Shown one piece after another: positions 10,443 through 19,353 of a DNA stretch of 32,000 nucleotides. The notes below the pieces were generated by a model, which searched no databases, was not told the DNA's origin, and was given only the letters and a program-made list of their open reading frames with translations. The stretch comes from Amoeboradix gromovi X-113. Its lineage: Eukaryota > Fungi > Sanchytriomycota. The stretch spans positions 10,056-42,055 of the forward strand of contig JADGIF010000014.1 in the NCBI GenBank assembly GCA_018985225.1. Reading direction: 5' to 3'. Made by a program: the position numbers and the translations under genes. Position 1 is the stretch's first letter. Each line of letters begins with the position of its first letter.

Positions 10443-13034
10443 ATGTATTCTGTTTTTGTAGTTTTACATAAAGTAAAGAACATTATACCCTCAAAGGTAC
10501 CAGTATATTTTGAATGCACACTCAACAATGAGAAACTGACATCCGAGCCCATGGTTGCTACTTCTGAAATGACCGTTGATACCGAGTTGGTGTTTTACCT
10601 AAACGAGCAACAATATACCTTTTTAAAGCAGAACAGACTCAACTGTAAGCTCTCGTGCTATCAAAAACCGAAAAAACTAATTGGTTTTGTTCTGTTGGAT
10701 GTCCGTAAGAGCGAATCACAATTACCCCCAGTGCATAAAAAATGGCACACGCTGCTGAATACATCTTATACACCTAGACCGCAGTTATTAATCGGATTTG
10801 GAGTTGGTTTGGTCCCTGAAAAACCTAATGAATTTGAAAATGATGATGTGCTAAGTCCCGCTCGTTTAATCTCTCAAGCTTTGCAATCTTGGTCGCCTAA
10901 CATATATTTAAACGTTCATCAAGGTATTGTCTGCATTGGTAATGGGAAGTCAGTGTTTAGAATGACTTGTACTATCTCAGCTCATTCTGTTACTCAAAAT
11001 GAATCTATTGCTATGAAATTATTGAATAAAACCATTATACTTGACAACTCGAAGTCTACTAGTATACATCAAATGGTATTTGAAGGTGACATAAATGATT
11101 TGCTGTTATTTTGGAAATCCACGGTAATAACGATCTTTCACGTTCAGCATCATTCCATTAAACCTGTTAAACTCCATTCTCATGATTTTATATTATATGA
11201 CTATCTATCTGGTCTATTCAGTTCTGTAGAACTCGGTCCATTTGCTATCAAATTAGAATGTATTGGGTTCCCAAAAACCGAAATCGAACAATTGAATAGA
11301 AAGAATATTCAGGCGAAAGCTATTGAAAAACCCGATAAGATGGAACCGAAGTCTGTTAAGATCTTATCTAACAAGGTATCTCAGGATGACTCTAATGCTT
11401 CTATTCTTGAATCTAATCTCAAGTCCAACATAACATCAAATGCACCTCATGCCACGCATTCTCCTGCGCACCAATTCAGACTATCCATTGACCTTGTTAG
11501 TATAACTCCCCACGTCATGATAAAGTCCCCAATTTCAATTGAATATCACTACCAGTTAATTAATCAACAATGCCAGTTTACTACGAACCCATTTAGTACG
11601 ATCCATAAAATAGAATCATACATATCAAATGGTTTCTGTGCCTATGAGTTCATTGTTGATCCTTGTGATTTGTTAAACGTTTTAATCCCTGTTACCATTA
11701 ACTTGTATTTGGTAAACGAGTATAAAAATAGGGAACTATTAGCTACCGCTTCCATCCCTATATCAAATGTCTTGAATGTGGTCAAAACACCAGAGTTGCA
11801 AGGAATGGGCGATTTACAACTTGTTGATCATTTAGTACAAATTAGAAATGTCGGTGATTTAAAATGTACTGTAGCGTTAGAAGACTTTGGAATAATGCAG
11901 GATGAAGAGAAGTATGAACAAGAAACGCATTTACAGTTGAGTCAACACGAAAACGAGCAAAGTGCTAAACTATTGTCAAAGGAAAAGGAGACTGAGAATA
12001 TAGCAATAAATGAAGGGAGTTCACCGATACCGCAACATGGAAAATCCACCTCCACTCCAAAATCATTTGATAATGATTTGTATAAGCAATTGCATTTGAA
12101 ATATAAACCTCAGACTACCTCAACCTGTACTCAGACTACTGCACCCGCTAGCAGTACAGCATTAGGCACTCCTACTGATGGCACAATTATTGCAGCAAAC
12201 AAGAAACAGTTGGATCATTTATTTACAGGCTATAAACAAGTTGAACAGTTAATCCAGGAAGTAGAACAATTAGAAAATACATTGACCGATAAGCTGAGTG
12301 AGTTGGCGAGTAATAACTTGGACCTAATAAAGTCTAAGCAGCTAATGAATCAAACCAAGGAATCCTTACTATCACAACATGAGTCTGTTGTCAGTGAGTT
12401 AAAAGTACAGCATCAGAATGAATTAAAGAAACAGTTACTTGAGATCGAACATTATAAGGAATTGAGTAACAAATTGACTAACAAATCAGTAATATTGCAG
12501 CAACAAAATAAAGAGTTGGCTCGTCAAGTTGATGACGGTAAACAGCAGCTGATGACTGTAAAACAGACCTTTAACAACACCAACATATCGCAGTTACAGC
12601 AGGATAATTACACGCTAAAAGAAGGCCAAATACAATTGTCAAACAAACTACAGAAATCAGAGCAGGTCAAACAGTTTTACAAAGACAAGTGTAAAGAGAT
12701 ACAATCCGTGTTTGATGTGTACAAGCAGCAGCACGCAAATGAGAAGAGCAGCAAAATGGACAAGGATGCTAAAATGGTCGAGAATATGAAATGGCGCTAT
12801 ATGCTACAGGAAGAGGAAAAGAAGAATCAGCGAGACATTGGAGTATTAGAACAGCTGCAAATGGAGCTGATGGGTATTAAAAGTAATAAAAAGAGCAATA
12901 ATATAATAAGCACCGGAGATGCTGAATTGGATAGACTGGTTCATGAAAAGAGAGATTTATTGAAGACAGGACTATACTACAACACAGACCCAGTAATACT
13001 GCAGATAAATGAGAAGATAAAAAGTATGGCATAA
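10443..13034 (+). CDS. CEP120: Centrosomal protein CEP120 homolog (C2 domains plus coiled coil)
   Basis: First C2 domain (NEKLTSEP..DTELVF..KLSCY..IGFVLLDVR..KWHTLL), third C2 start HQFRLSIDLVSI, coiled coil, and the characteristic C-terminus LDRLVHEKRDLLKTGLYYNTDPVI. Confidence 0.9.
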   Translation: MYSVFVVLHKVKNIIPSKVPVYFECTLNNEKLTSEPMVATSEMTVDTELVFYLNEQQYTFLKQNRLNCKLSCYQKPKKLIGFVLLDVRKSESQLPPVHKKWHTLLNTSYTPRPQLLIGFGVGLVPEKPNEFENDDVLSPARLISQALQSWSPNIYLNVHQGIVCIGNGKSVFRMTCTISAHSVTQNESIAMKLLNKTIILDNSKSTSIHQMVFEGDINDLLLFWKSTVITIFHVQHHSIKPVKLHSHDFILYDYLSGLFSSVELGPFAIKLECIGFPKTEIEQLNRKNIQAKAIEKPDKMEPKSVKILSNKVSQDDSNASILESNLKSNITSNAPHATHSPAHQFRLSIDLVSITPHVMIKSPISIEYHYQLINQQCQFTTNPFSTIHKIESYISNGFCAYEFIVDPCDLLNVLIPVTINLYLVNEYKNRELLATASIPISNVLNVVKTPELQGMGDLQLVDHLVQIRNVGDLKCTVALEDFGIMQDEEKYEQETHLQLSQHENEQSAKLLSKEKETENIAINEGSSPIPQHGKSTSTPKSFDNDLYKQLHLKYKPQTTSTCTQTTAPASSTALGTPTDGTIIAANKKQLDHLFTGYKQVEQLIQEVEQLENTLTDKLSELASNNLDLIKSKQLMNQTKESLLSQHESVVSELKVQHQNELKKQLLEIEHYKELSNKLTNKSVILQQQNKELARQVDDGKQQLMTVKQTFNNTNISQLQQDNYTLKEGQIQLSNKLQKSEQVKQFYKDKCKEIQSVFDVYKQQHANEKSSKMDKDAKMVENMKWRYMLQEEEKKNQRDIGVLEQLQMELMGIKSNKKSNNIISTGDAELDRLVHEKRDLLKTGLYYNTDPVILQINEKIKSMA

Positions 13035-13154
13035 TAAATAAATGTATTCTACTTGCTGTAGTCCAAGCACTTTGGGTATAAGACTTGAGGGAGTAAAATA
13101 GGTGAGAAAAGTGAAAAGAACGGCTGAGCAACCAAATTTGCATCGCGTGCTTCA

Positions 13155-14105
13155 TCAGGCGATCCATGATACTACCCATTTAACATTAGTTAGAAAACAT
13201 TTACAAGCCTTGGCCCATTTATCATCAAACGTACACTGAATTGTCAAGTTATTGATCATGTCCTTTTGAATTTTATATGGAACAGTAAAACGGTCATCCC
13301 TTAATGACGCGGCATGCTCTATCTCTAACAGGCATTCTAAAAGACCAACCAGTGCTCTATTGTAGTTTTGCCTTTGGAAAAAAAGCATTGCAAACGTTTC
13401 CGTTTGATAATAAAGTGGATAAGACTTTTTATCCTCTATGTTTATTAATCGAGAATAACTGCCCAATGCTTGTATTTCCCATTTTGTAAACTTTAAATTG
13501 AGTTTGTGAGCAATTACATTGAACAACAAAGCACAATAACCGGTGGCAGCGTTTGTCTCTAACCAGTCGTCTGTAGTCGTACACGCGCCCATTCTGCACC
13601 CTATTAAACTAGCAAACCCGCTAATGTCTACAATCTTAAATATGTCTTTTAGAACACCTTGGTCCATAAGTGTTTGTAAGTAGCTAAACTGTTCACTGGC
13701 TTTAGTAACCTTGGCATTCAAAGAATGACGGTGTTTTTTAAATTGGAAAAGTTCCTCCTGATGAATGTTGTACTCCACAAAATGCTCTTGTTCTCGCTTC
13801 TTAAGCTCCTCTTCTTGTAGCAATAATGCTTCATGTTCAATTTCCAAATCCTTTAAAGTGGACTCTAGAGAATGTCGCTCTTTTGTTAGAGCATTATATT
13901 CTTGATTTAGCTGATCAATAGACTCACTGTCAAATTCACCAGCATTGGTTAACTCACTTGTCATAAACTGTTGGCAAGTCCTTATGCTCTTATGCAACAA
14001 GGTCAACTGCTGTTGTAGTTGGCTAACCTGTAAATCAGCACAAGAAGAACAAAGCGACAAACGTGATTCATTTAAATGGACAGAACAAGTTGAACAAACA
14101 GTCAT
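13155..14105 (-). CDS. ATG6: Beclin-1/Atg6/Vps30, PI3K class III complex subunit
   Basis: N-terminal CxxC and LCxxC motifs, coiled coil, BARA domain (DIFKI..SGFASLIGCRMG..WLETNAATGYCALL; VPYKI; WAKACKCFLTNVKW). Confidence 0.93.
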   Translation of the reverse strand: MTVCSTCSVHLNESRLSLCSSCADLQVSQLQQQLTLLHKSIRTCQQFMTSELTNAGEFDSESIDQLNQEYNALTKERHSLESTLKDLEIEHEALLLQEEELKKREQEHFVEYNIHQEELFQFKKHRHSLNAKVTKASEQFSYLQTLMDQGVLKDIFKIVDISGFASLIGCRMGACTTTDDWLETNAATGYCALLFNVIAHKLNLKFTKWEIQALGSYSRLINIEDKKSYPLYYQTETFAMLFFQRQNYNRALVGLLECLLEIEHAASLRDDRFTVPYKIQKDMINNLTIQCTFDDKWAKACKCFLTNVKWVVSWIA

Positions 14106-14334
14106 GTTTCAAAAACAGTTTTTCTAATTAAGAATTGCCAAGATCGCTCTTAAAATGTTTCTACGGAGATTTCATGTCTTGATATAAGCTACACGTCATT
14201 AACGTGTTGTAGCCGGGTAATAGTTAAGTTACTAGTACTTGCAATTTAATTCCGCTAATTGAAGAGAGCTTGATTAAAAGTATTGAGGTGTAGAGAAAAG
14301 AATTCAGTTTAAGAATTAGAAATGCATTTATTAT

Positions 14335-16350
14335 TCAATCGTCAAATAGTCTGTTATCCTCACCTTGCAAGTCTGTATATCTAACTTGCCTAAATCTATC
14401 ACTTAATCCAAATGGTAATTCACCATGTCTTCTCAGATATAACATTAAAAAGAATCCTGCTATGCCTATAGCAGTAGGTATCAATATGATGGCTAAAATC
14501 GCTCCAACTCCCATTGACCCGCAACTCTCTATAATTGGACTACTCATATCTATTCCTCCTCTACATGCATTGCCTGGGTTTAACCGGTACCCACTACTTC
14601 TAACTCTCTGTCCATTTACGCAGGGAAATTCGAGGACTAGATCTGTTGCTACACACTTGCCATTTTGTAATTGAAATCCGTAATCACACTCATAATCCAG
14701 TCTGCTGCATCCACAGGGCTTTTGATCCACCTGCAATTTAGTCATATAGCATATATCGTTTGTATTCTTACGATGAACAGTCATTTCAGCACCAAATATG
14801 CAATTACTGTGGCTCCCACTAGTCGGTACAGTAATTAGTGTTGGGGAAGTTTGATCACTGCTGCAATTGTCACCAAGAAATGCCTTGAAATCAACCACAA
14901 TAGCTTGATGCCCACCCTGTTGATCGTCCCCACCTAAGAACAACATTGCTTTTTCACTGTTTTCATCCGCTGTACCGATAGATAAAGTATAAGTGCCGCT
15001 TAAAGACAGTTCTTCGATATTTTTAAACTCATCAACTGTATAATAGATTTTTTCAACTGGGACTCCAGACTGAAATAGAACAATTACGCTGCCATAATTC
15101 AAAAACTCAAAATCATAGGGGGCATCAAATATTTTATGCCATGACAGACCTGCATCCACACTATAGTAAGTATTGGCCTGGCCTCCGGCTGGGTCTATTC
15201 CCGCACCTGTATTTCCTACTCCCACAATAATCCCAGGACTGTTTTTTGAGTCAAAAAAATGGCGACTATCTTTTGCAGAAGTGTATCCGTATAGATTCAA
15301 GTCTAAAATGTTGTTGTCCACTAGCATTGTAAGAGGAAACCAGGTGTTTCCATTGTCATAGGATATTTTAGTGTGCAAGCTATTACCAACATTTACATTG
15401 GCAAAATGTATGGCTCGAATGCCCTCTAAACTAGAGGTATCCACTCCATTGTGATTTCTATACGTATTGTCGAGTGTTTTGGTAAAATAAGTTCCATTGT
15501 AGTTGCTTACATAGAGGTTACCAAGGTTATCAGACTGTTTAACATCAATAAATAACCTCCCACCAGCTGAATCGGTAGCAGTAATAGAATCGGCCGATTC
15601 ATATGGAGGTGAGAATTGAGCGCGGCTGAATGAAATCCCGTCAATAGAAATGTCAACGACTAATCCCTTGGTATTGTCAATCAGGCCGCCAACAATAAAG
15701 GAGCCATACATCGAGAACACTTTTATACTATCTCTATCAAATACGGATATGCTTGATTGAAAGAAATCATCAGAAGCAATCATAGCAGAATCGGACGTTT
15801 GACATAACACAGCCGTACGAGGAGTGGTTAGCAGATTTCGCGAATGAGCCCATATGCACTTCTTTGGGTTGTTTAATGTTTTCCACTCATCACCGTCGTT
15901 GACTGAGTAATAATAAATGCAGTCCATAGACACGAATTCTCCAGGCAGGCAAGATTTAACTATAAACCAATTATCTTCGAACGGATGAACTAAAAACTCG
16001 ACAATGCCTCTAACCTTCCCATCTGACGACTTGGGTACCGGTATATTTTTCACGGATGTCTTTTCCAAGGAATCTGTATATTTAGATACTCTATCAAATC
16101 CGTGAATGTACAAGATGTTGATTTTCTCAGGATGGCGAACTATTTGTATGTTTTGGGCTGATATAAGTGGTCGAGAGTCCAATTTGCCATCTTCTCTACT
16201 TACTACATAAGCTGTAGCAGAACTGCCCTCGTTATCGGGGCTAATATACACGATTTGATCATTGAAGAAAAGAGCTTTGATTGCAGAGTATGCAACCTTT
16301 TTTTTCAATATTTGAATTTCGCCTCTGACTGTATCGGATGTTGATACCAT
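14335..16350 (-). CDS. VPS10: Vps10/sortilin-family sorting receptor with a single Vps10p domain; start codon uncertain
   Basis: BNR/Asp-box repeats (SVNDGDEW, SIDGISF, SYDNGNTW, SVDAGLSW), 10CC module (CGCSRLDYECDYGF..SGYRLNPGNACRGG), TM helix, tail with YTDL (YxxPhi) and EDNRLFDD. Confidence 0.92.
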   Translation of the reverse strand: MVSTSDTVRGEIQILKKKVAYSAIKALFFNDQIVYISPDNEGSSATAYVVSREDGKLDSRPLISAQNIQIVRHPEKINILYIHGFDRVSKYTDSLEKTSVKNIPVPKSSDGKVRGIVEFLVHPFEDNWFIVKSCLPGEFVSMDCIYYYSVNDGDEWKTLNNPKKCIWAHSRNLLTTPRTAVLCQTSDSAMIASDDFFQSSISVFDRDSIKVFSMYGSFIVGGLIDNTKGLVVDISIDGISFSRAQFSPPYESADSITATDSAGGRLFIDVKQSDNLGNLYVSNYNGTYFTKTLDNTYRNHNGVDTSSLEGIRAIHFANVNVGNSLHTKISYDNGNTWFPLTMLVDNNILDLNLYGYTSAKDSRHFFDSKNSPGIIVGVGNTGAGIDPAGGQANTYYSVDAGLSWHKIFDAPYDFEFLNYGSVIVLFQSGVPVEKIYYTVDEFKNIEELSLSGTYTLSIGTADENSEKAMLFLGGDDQQGGHQAIVVDFKAFLGDNCSSDQTSPTLITVPTSGSHSNCIFGAEMTVHRKNTNDICYMTKLQVDQKPCGCSRLDYECDYGFQLQNGKCVATDLVLEFPCVNGQRVRSSGYRLNPGNACRGGIDMSSPIIESCGSMGVGAILAIILIPTAIGIAGFFLMLYLRRHGELPFGLSDRFRQVRYTDLQGEDNRLFDD

Positions 16351-17191
16351 TTGTGTCAAAAATAAAATTTATAAGTGGACAAAGTAATTCACAAATTCGA
16401 AGACAAGACAAAATGTAACATGGTTTTGAATCTATGAGCATAATTTTAGACCATTTGGCGGGAGTGAACTTGGTGAAACTAGATGTTACTATACCTGTAG
16501 AGACAATGATTTTATGGGATATAAAGTGACTAAGTCGTCTCTTGAACGCAGTAATATCAACTTAGAGCGTAACTTTGGATCTAGGGTTAATTTTAATGAT
16601 TGTACGGAGATGTCAGAGATACTAAAAAGTACAGTGCCTGCAAAAGCTGATACGAAGAAAAGAACTTGAGAGAGCTATGTTTTCGGGACATCGGCTCTGT
16701 ATATTGATGTTATTTCTGATTGTGGCCATCATGAGTCAGTACTAACTGGAGTGATGTTGTTCCTGAATTGTGCTTCGATGGTGTTAAGGGAATTAAAGTG
16801 TTGAAGTCTTTAACTGAAGAGATCACAAATGGACTTTGTCACACTTTATTCAGCTGTGCTTAATAGAAGGCATTCTTATAAGTACATCAATTTACAACTG
16901 TCCCAGTAGTGTAATGTTAATATGGTGTTCGAGTTCAGAACAGGAAAACTATGCTGATTTTATCATACGAGATAGGGACAAAACAGTCACAAGTTATAGC
17001 TGCCAAAGAATTCCGTTGTCAAAATGGTTACAAAGTCATTAGGACAACACTTATGTGAACGAAAAATGAATTGCACAGTTATTTGAACAGGTTGGCGGCA
17101 TAGCCTCTGAATGAACCATAATCATGGGACGGTATCAGGGATTTTGTCGACTGGGCCATTTTCGCAAACTCTGTCCCATTGGGTGCTAATC

Positions 17192-17231
17192 AATATACTA
17201 GCCCAATCAGCATTTGATGGAATTGATTGGT
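17192..17231. promoter_or_regulatory. Two opposed CCAAT-box-like motifs upstream of ATG8
   Basis: GCCCAATCAGC and TGATTGGT (reverse ACCAATCA) lie 40-70 bp upstream of the ATG8 ATG. Confidence 0.35.
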
Positions 17232-17269
17232 AGGAAAAATAGATAAATTTGAGACCACCCCTTGTTATT

Positions 17270-17635
17270 ATGCGTCAGAAGTTTAAAGAGGAACACAGCT
17301 TTGAAAAGCGAAAACAAGAATCACAAAGAATAAGAGAAAAATATCCAGACCGTATTCCGGTAATCTGTGAAAAGGCCGATCATTCAGATATTCCAGCCAT
17401 CGATAAAAAGAAATATTTGGTGCCAAGTGATTTAACAGTTGGTCAATTTGTTTACGTAATAAGAAAGAGAATTAGTCTAGCGCCTGAGAAGGCAATATTT
17501 GTCTTTATTAATAATCAGGTACCACCATCCGGTACCTTACTCTCGCTTTTGTATGAAAATAATAAGGACGAAGACGGGTTTCTATATTTAGTCTATAGCG
17601 GTGAAAATGTCTTTGGCGATGTTCCAAAGGAATAA
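17270..17635 (+). CDS. ATG8: Autophagy ubiquitin-like protein Atg8/GABARAP
   Basis: [57 protein letters not shown], followed by a 5-aa tail DVPKE expected to be removed by Atg4. The ATG at 17270 is preferred over the upstream TTG. Confidence 0.98.
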   Translation: MRQKFKEEHSFEKRKQESQRIREKYPDRIPVICEKADHSDIPAIDKKKYLVPSDLTVGQFVYVIRKRISLAPEKAIFVFINNQVPPSGTLLSLLYENNKDEDGFLYLVYSGENVFGDVPKE

Positions 17636-17708
17636 TTTTATTAGTAAACTCTTTTTATAATCTTATTTGCTAAAGGGGTACGATAAAACGACCCTCAGAA
17701 AATTGTAA

Positions 17709-18239
17709 ATGGTAAGTGAAAAAGACTATCTAGTTGACTATGAAGAGCAAATTTATGAGCTTCAGAGACAAAATAAGGAATTATTGGAGAAGCTAAGAAT
17801 ATCTGAAGTGAACACTCGAGAGCTAAAAGACAGAAATGATATGTTGCAATCTCAGATATCAGACGTTGAGGACAAATTCATTTCGATGCGTGAACAATAC
17901 GATACCACTATAACAACTCTGAAGTCTAAGATGTCTTTGAGCAGTGATGCAACTGTTGTACAAGATGCCAGTGTAAACAACATTGTTTGTGGTGAGAAAT
18001 CAGCTTATAAAGATCTTTATGAGGACTCACAACAGGAAATGGAGAGCATTTTCTTATCAATTGAAAAGCTCAAGGAATCTAATTTGCGCTTATGTGAGGA
18101 AAACAATGAATTGAATGGGATTTTAAAAAATCAATTCATTCGTAAGTCAATTGAAAAGATGCAAGTAGATTCAATTTTTGACCATGACCCAAAGAAGGAA
18201 ACCCTATTTGAAAGCATTAAGAAGTTTTTAAGTAAGTAG
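17709..18239 (+). CDS. Coiled-coil protein of unknown function (may be spliced to the downstream ORF)
   Basis: 176-aa ATG-initiated ORF with E/K/L/Q-rich heptads. Confidence 0.7.
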   Translation: MVSEKDYLVDYEEQIYELQRQNKELLEKLRISEVNTRELKDRNDMLQSQISDVEDKFISMREQYDTTITTLKSKMSLSSDATVVQDASVNNIVCGEKSAYKDLYEDSQQEMESIFLSIEKLKESNLRLCEENNELNGILKNQFIRKSIEKMQVDSIFDHDPKKETLFESIKKFLSK

Positions 18240-18274
18240 TCCTCGTTTTAGTAAATTTATTTGAAACTTATTTT

Positions 18275-19339
18275 ATGAATTCGTATCTTTATCTACACTA
18301 CCGACCCTTAAACTACAGTAGTATTCCTAAAGTCGAATATAATTTGAATTTTCTAAATGAGTCTGGCCAAATTCTTTCCATAGGTCAACAAAGACTGGAT
18401 GTATATTACAAAGATCGAAAGCACACTTACTGTATACAAAATAGTGAAATATGTAGAGATGCCAATGATTATGACAATTTTATAACTTCTACTCTGTCAA
18501 ACTTTTATCTAACTAAAGAAGAATCCTTGTTTACATTGATATTAAACCCAGATAAAAATGTAACAATGCCGCTAAATCCTGTTCACATCCTTCAAACTCC
18601 AACTCAATCTTTATTAGACACTAGCAAATATCTTATTAAAGTTAATGCTTCAAATGTAGCATTTGATAAAGCTGCCTGTTCGACGGTAATCCCAACTAAC
18701 ATCACATACAGTTCTGAAGCCGAAAGCATTAAAGAAGCAATAGATTGTACGCTATCCTATCAGTCTAATATAGTTCCAAATAACACGGATCAAATATGGA
18801 TGTGGGACAAGGATCAGCCTGAAATTGGCGATATTGGATGTGTAGTTGCATTAAAGAATGGCAAGTGGAAAAGTTTTGCATGCGGTGAGCCTACCAGATT
18901 TGCCTGCCAGTCACTTGATGATCCTTTAAAATGGATAGTCTCTGAGAAATTTGCATCGTTCCAAAATATAATTTGGGATAAAACTATAAATTGCCCTGAT
19001 GGATACAAGTTTGGCGTTCCTAGATTGCCTATAATTCAGCGTCGACTTACTAGCGTAATGGTTGACAATAAATTAGACCTTATTTTGATAAATCTTTCCG
19101 ATGTTTGGGTTCCGGGATGCTATCGTGAGAATGCTGATGAATGCTTGTACATGAAGGTAGATCGTCAAACAAGGTTGGTAACTGTTTCAATTGTTGGTGG
19201 ATTGATAATGTTGATTTTAACATTTTTATGTGTTTACTTAAATTATAAAAGGTATTCCAAATATATGAAAAATGAAAGGAGGCGTAGGGATGTGGCTGAG
19301 AAGTTAAGATTAATTCAACTGAATAATGTCCCAAAGTAA
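18275..19339 (+). CDS. Mtc6-like single-pass membrane protein with a C-type-lectin-like Cys module
   Basis: WMWDKDQP..GCVVAL.NGKW..FAC..FACQS.DDP.KW..CPDGYKFGVPR..INLSD..PGC pattern seen in fungal Mtc6-family proteins, then a TM helix and basic tail. Confidence 0.7.
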   Translation: MNSYLYLHYRPLNYSSIPKVEYNLNFLNESGQILSIGQQRLDVYYKDRKHTYCIQNSEICRDANDYDNFITSTLSNFYLTKEESLFTLILNPDKNVTMPLNPVHILQTPTQSLLDTSKYLIKVNASNVAFDKAACSTVIPTNITYSSEAESIKEAIDCTLSYQSNIVPNNTDQIWMWDKDQPEIGDIGCVVALKNGKWKSFACGEPTRFACQSLDDPLKWIVSEKFASFQNIIWDKTINCPDGYKFGVPRLPIIQRRLTSVMVDNKLDLILINLSDVWVPGCYRENADECLYMKVDRQTRLVTVSIVGGLIMLILTFLCVYLNYKRYSKYMKNERRRRDVAEKLRLIQLNNVPK

Positions 19340-19353
19340 ATCAAAATAAATTT

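Noticed and set aside
10445-10461. GTATTCTGTTTTTGTAG (17 nt) resembling the micro-intron at the CEP120 start
   Set aside because: Splicing would destroy the ATG and the frame. The encoded MYSVFVV fits the first C2 strand, and there is no ACTTAT motif.
13044-13061. GTATTCTACTTGCTGTAG (18 nt), intron-like, after the CEP120 stop
   Set aside because: It lies just beyond AATAAA, probably at or past the cleavage site, and no reading frame supports it. Untestable without RNA data.
16430-17042. Short ORFs between VPS10 and ATG8 (e.g. MGYKVTKSS…, 51 aa)
   Set aside because: No homology cues, and the candidate GT-AG splices I tried lead to stops.
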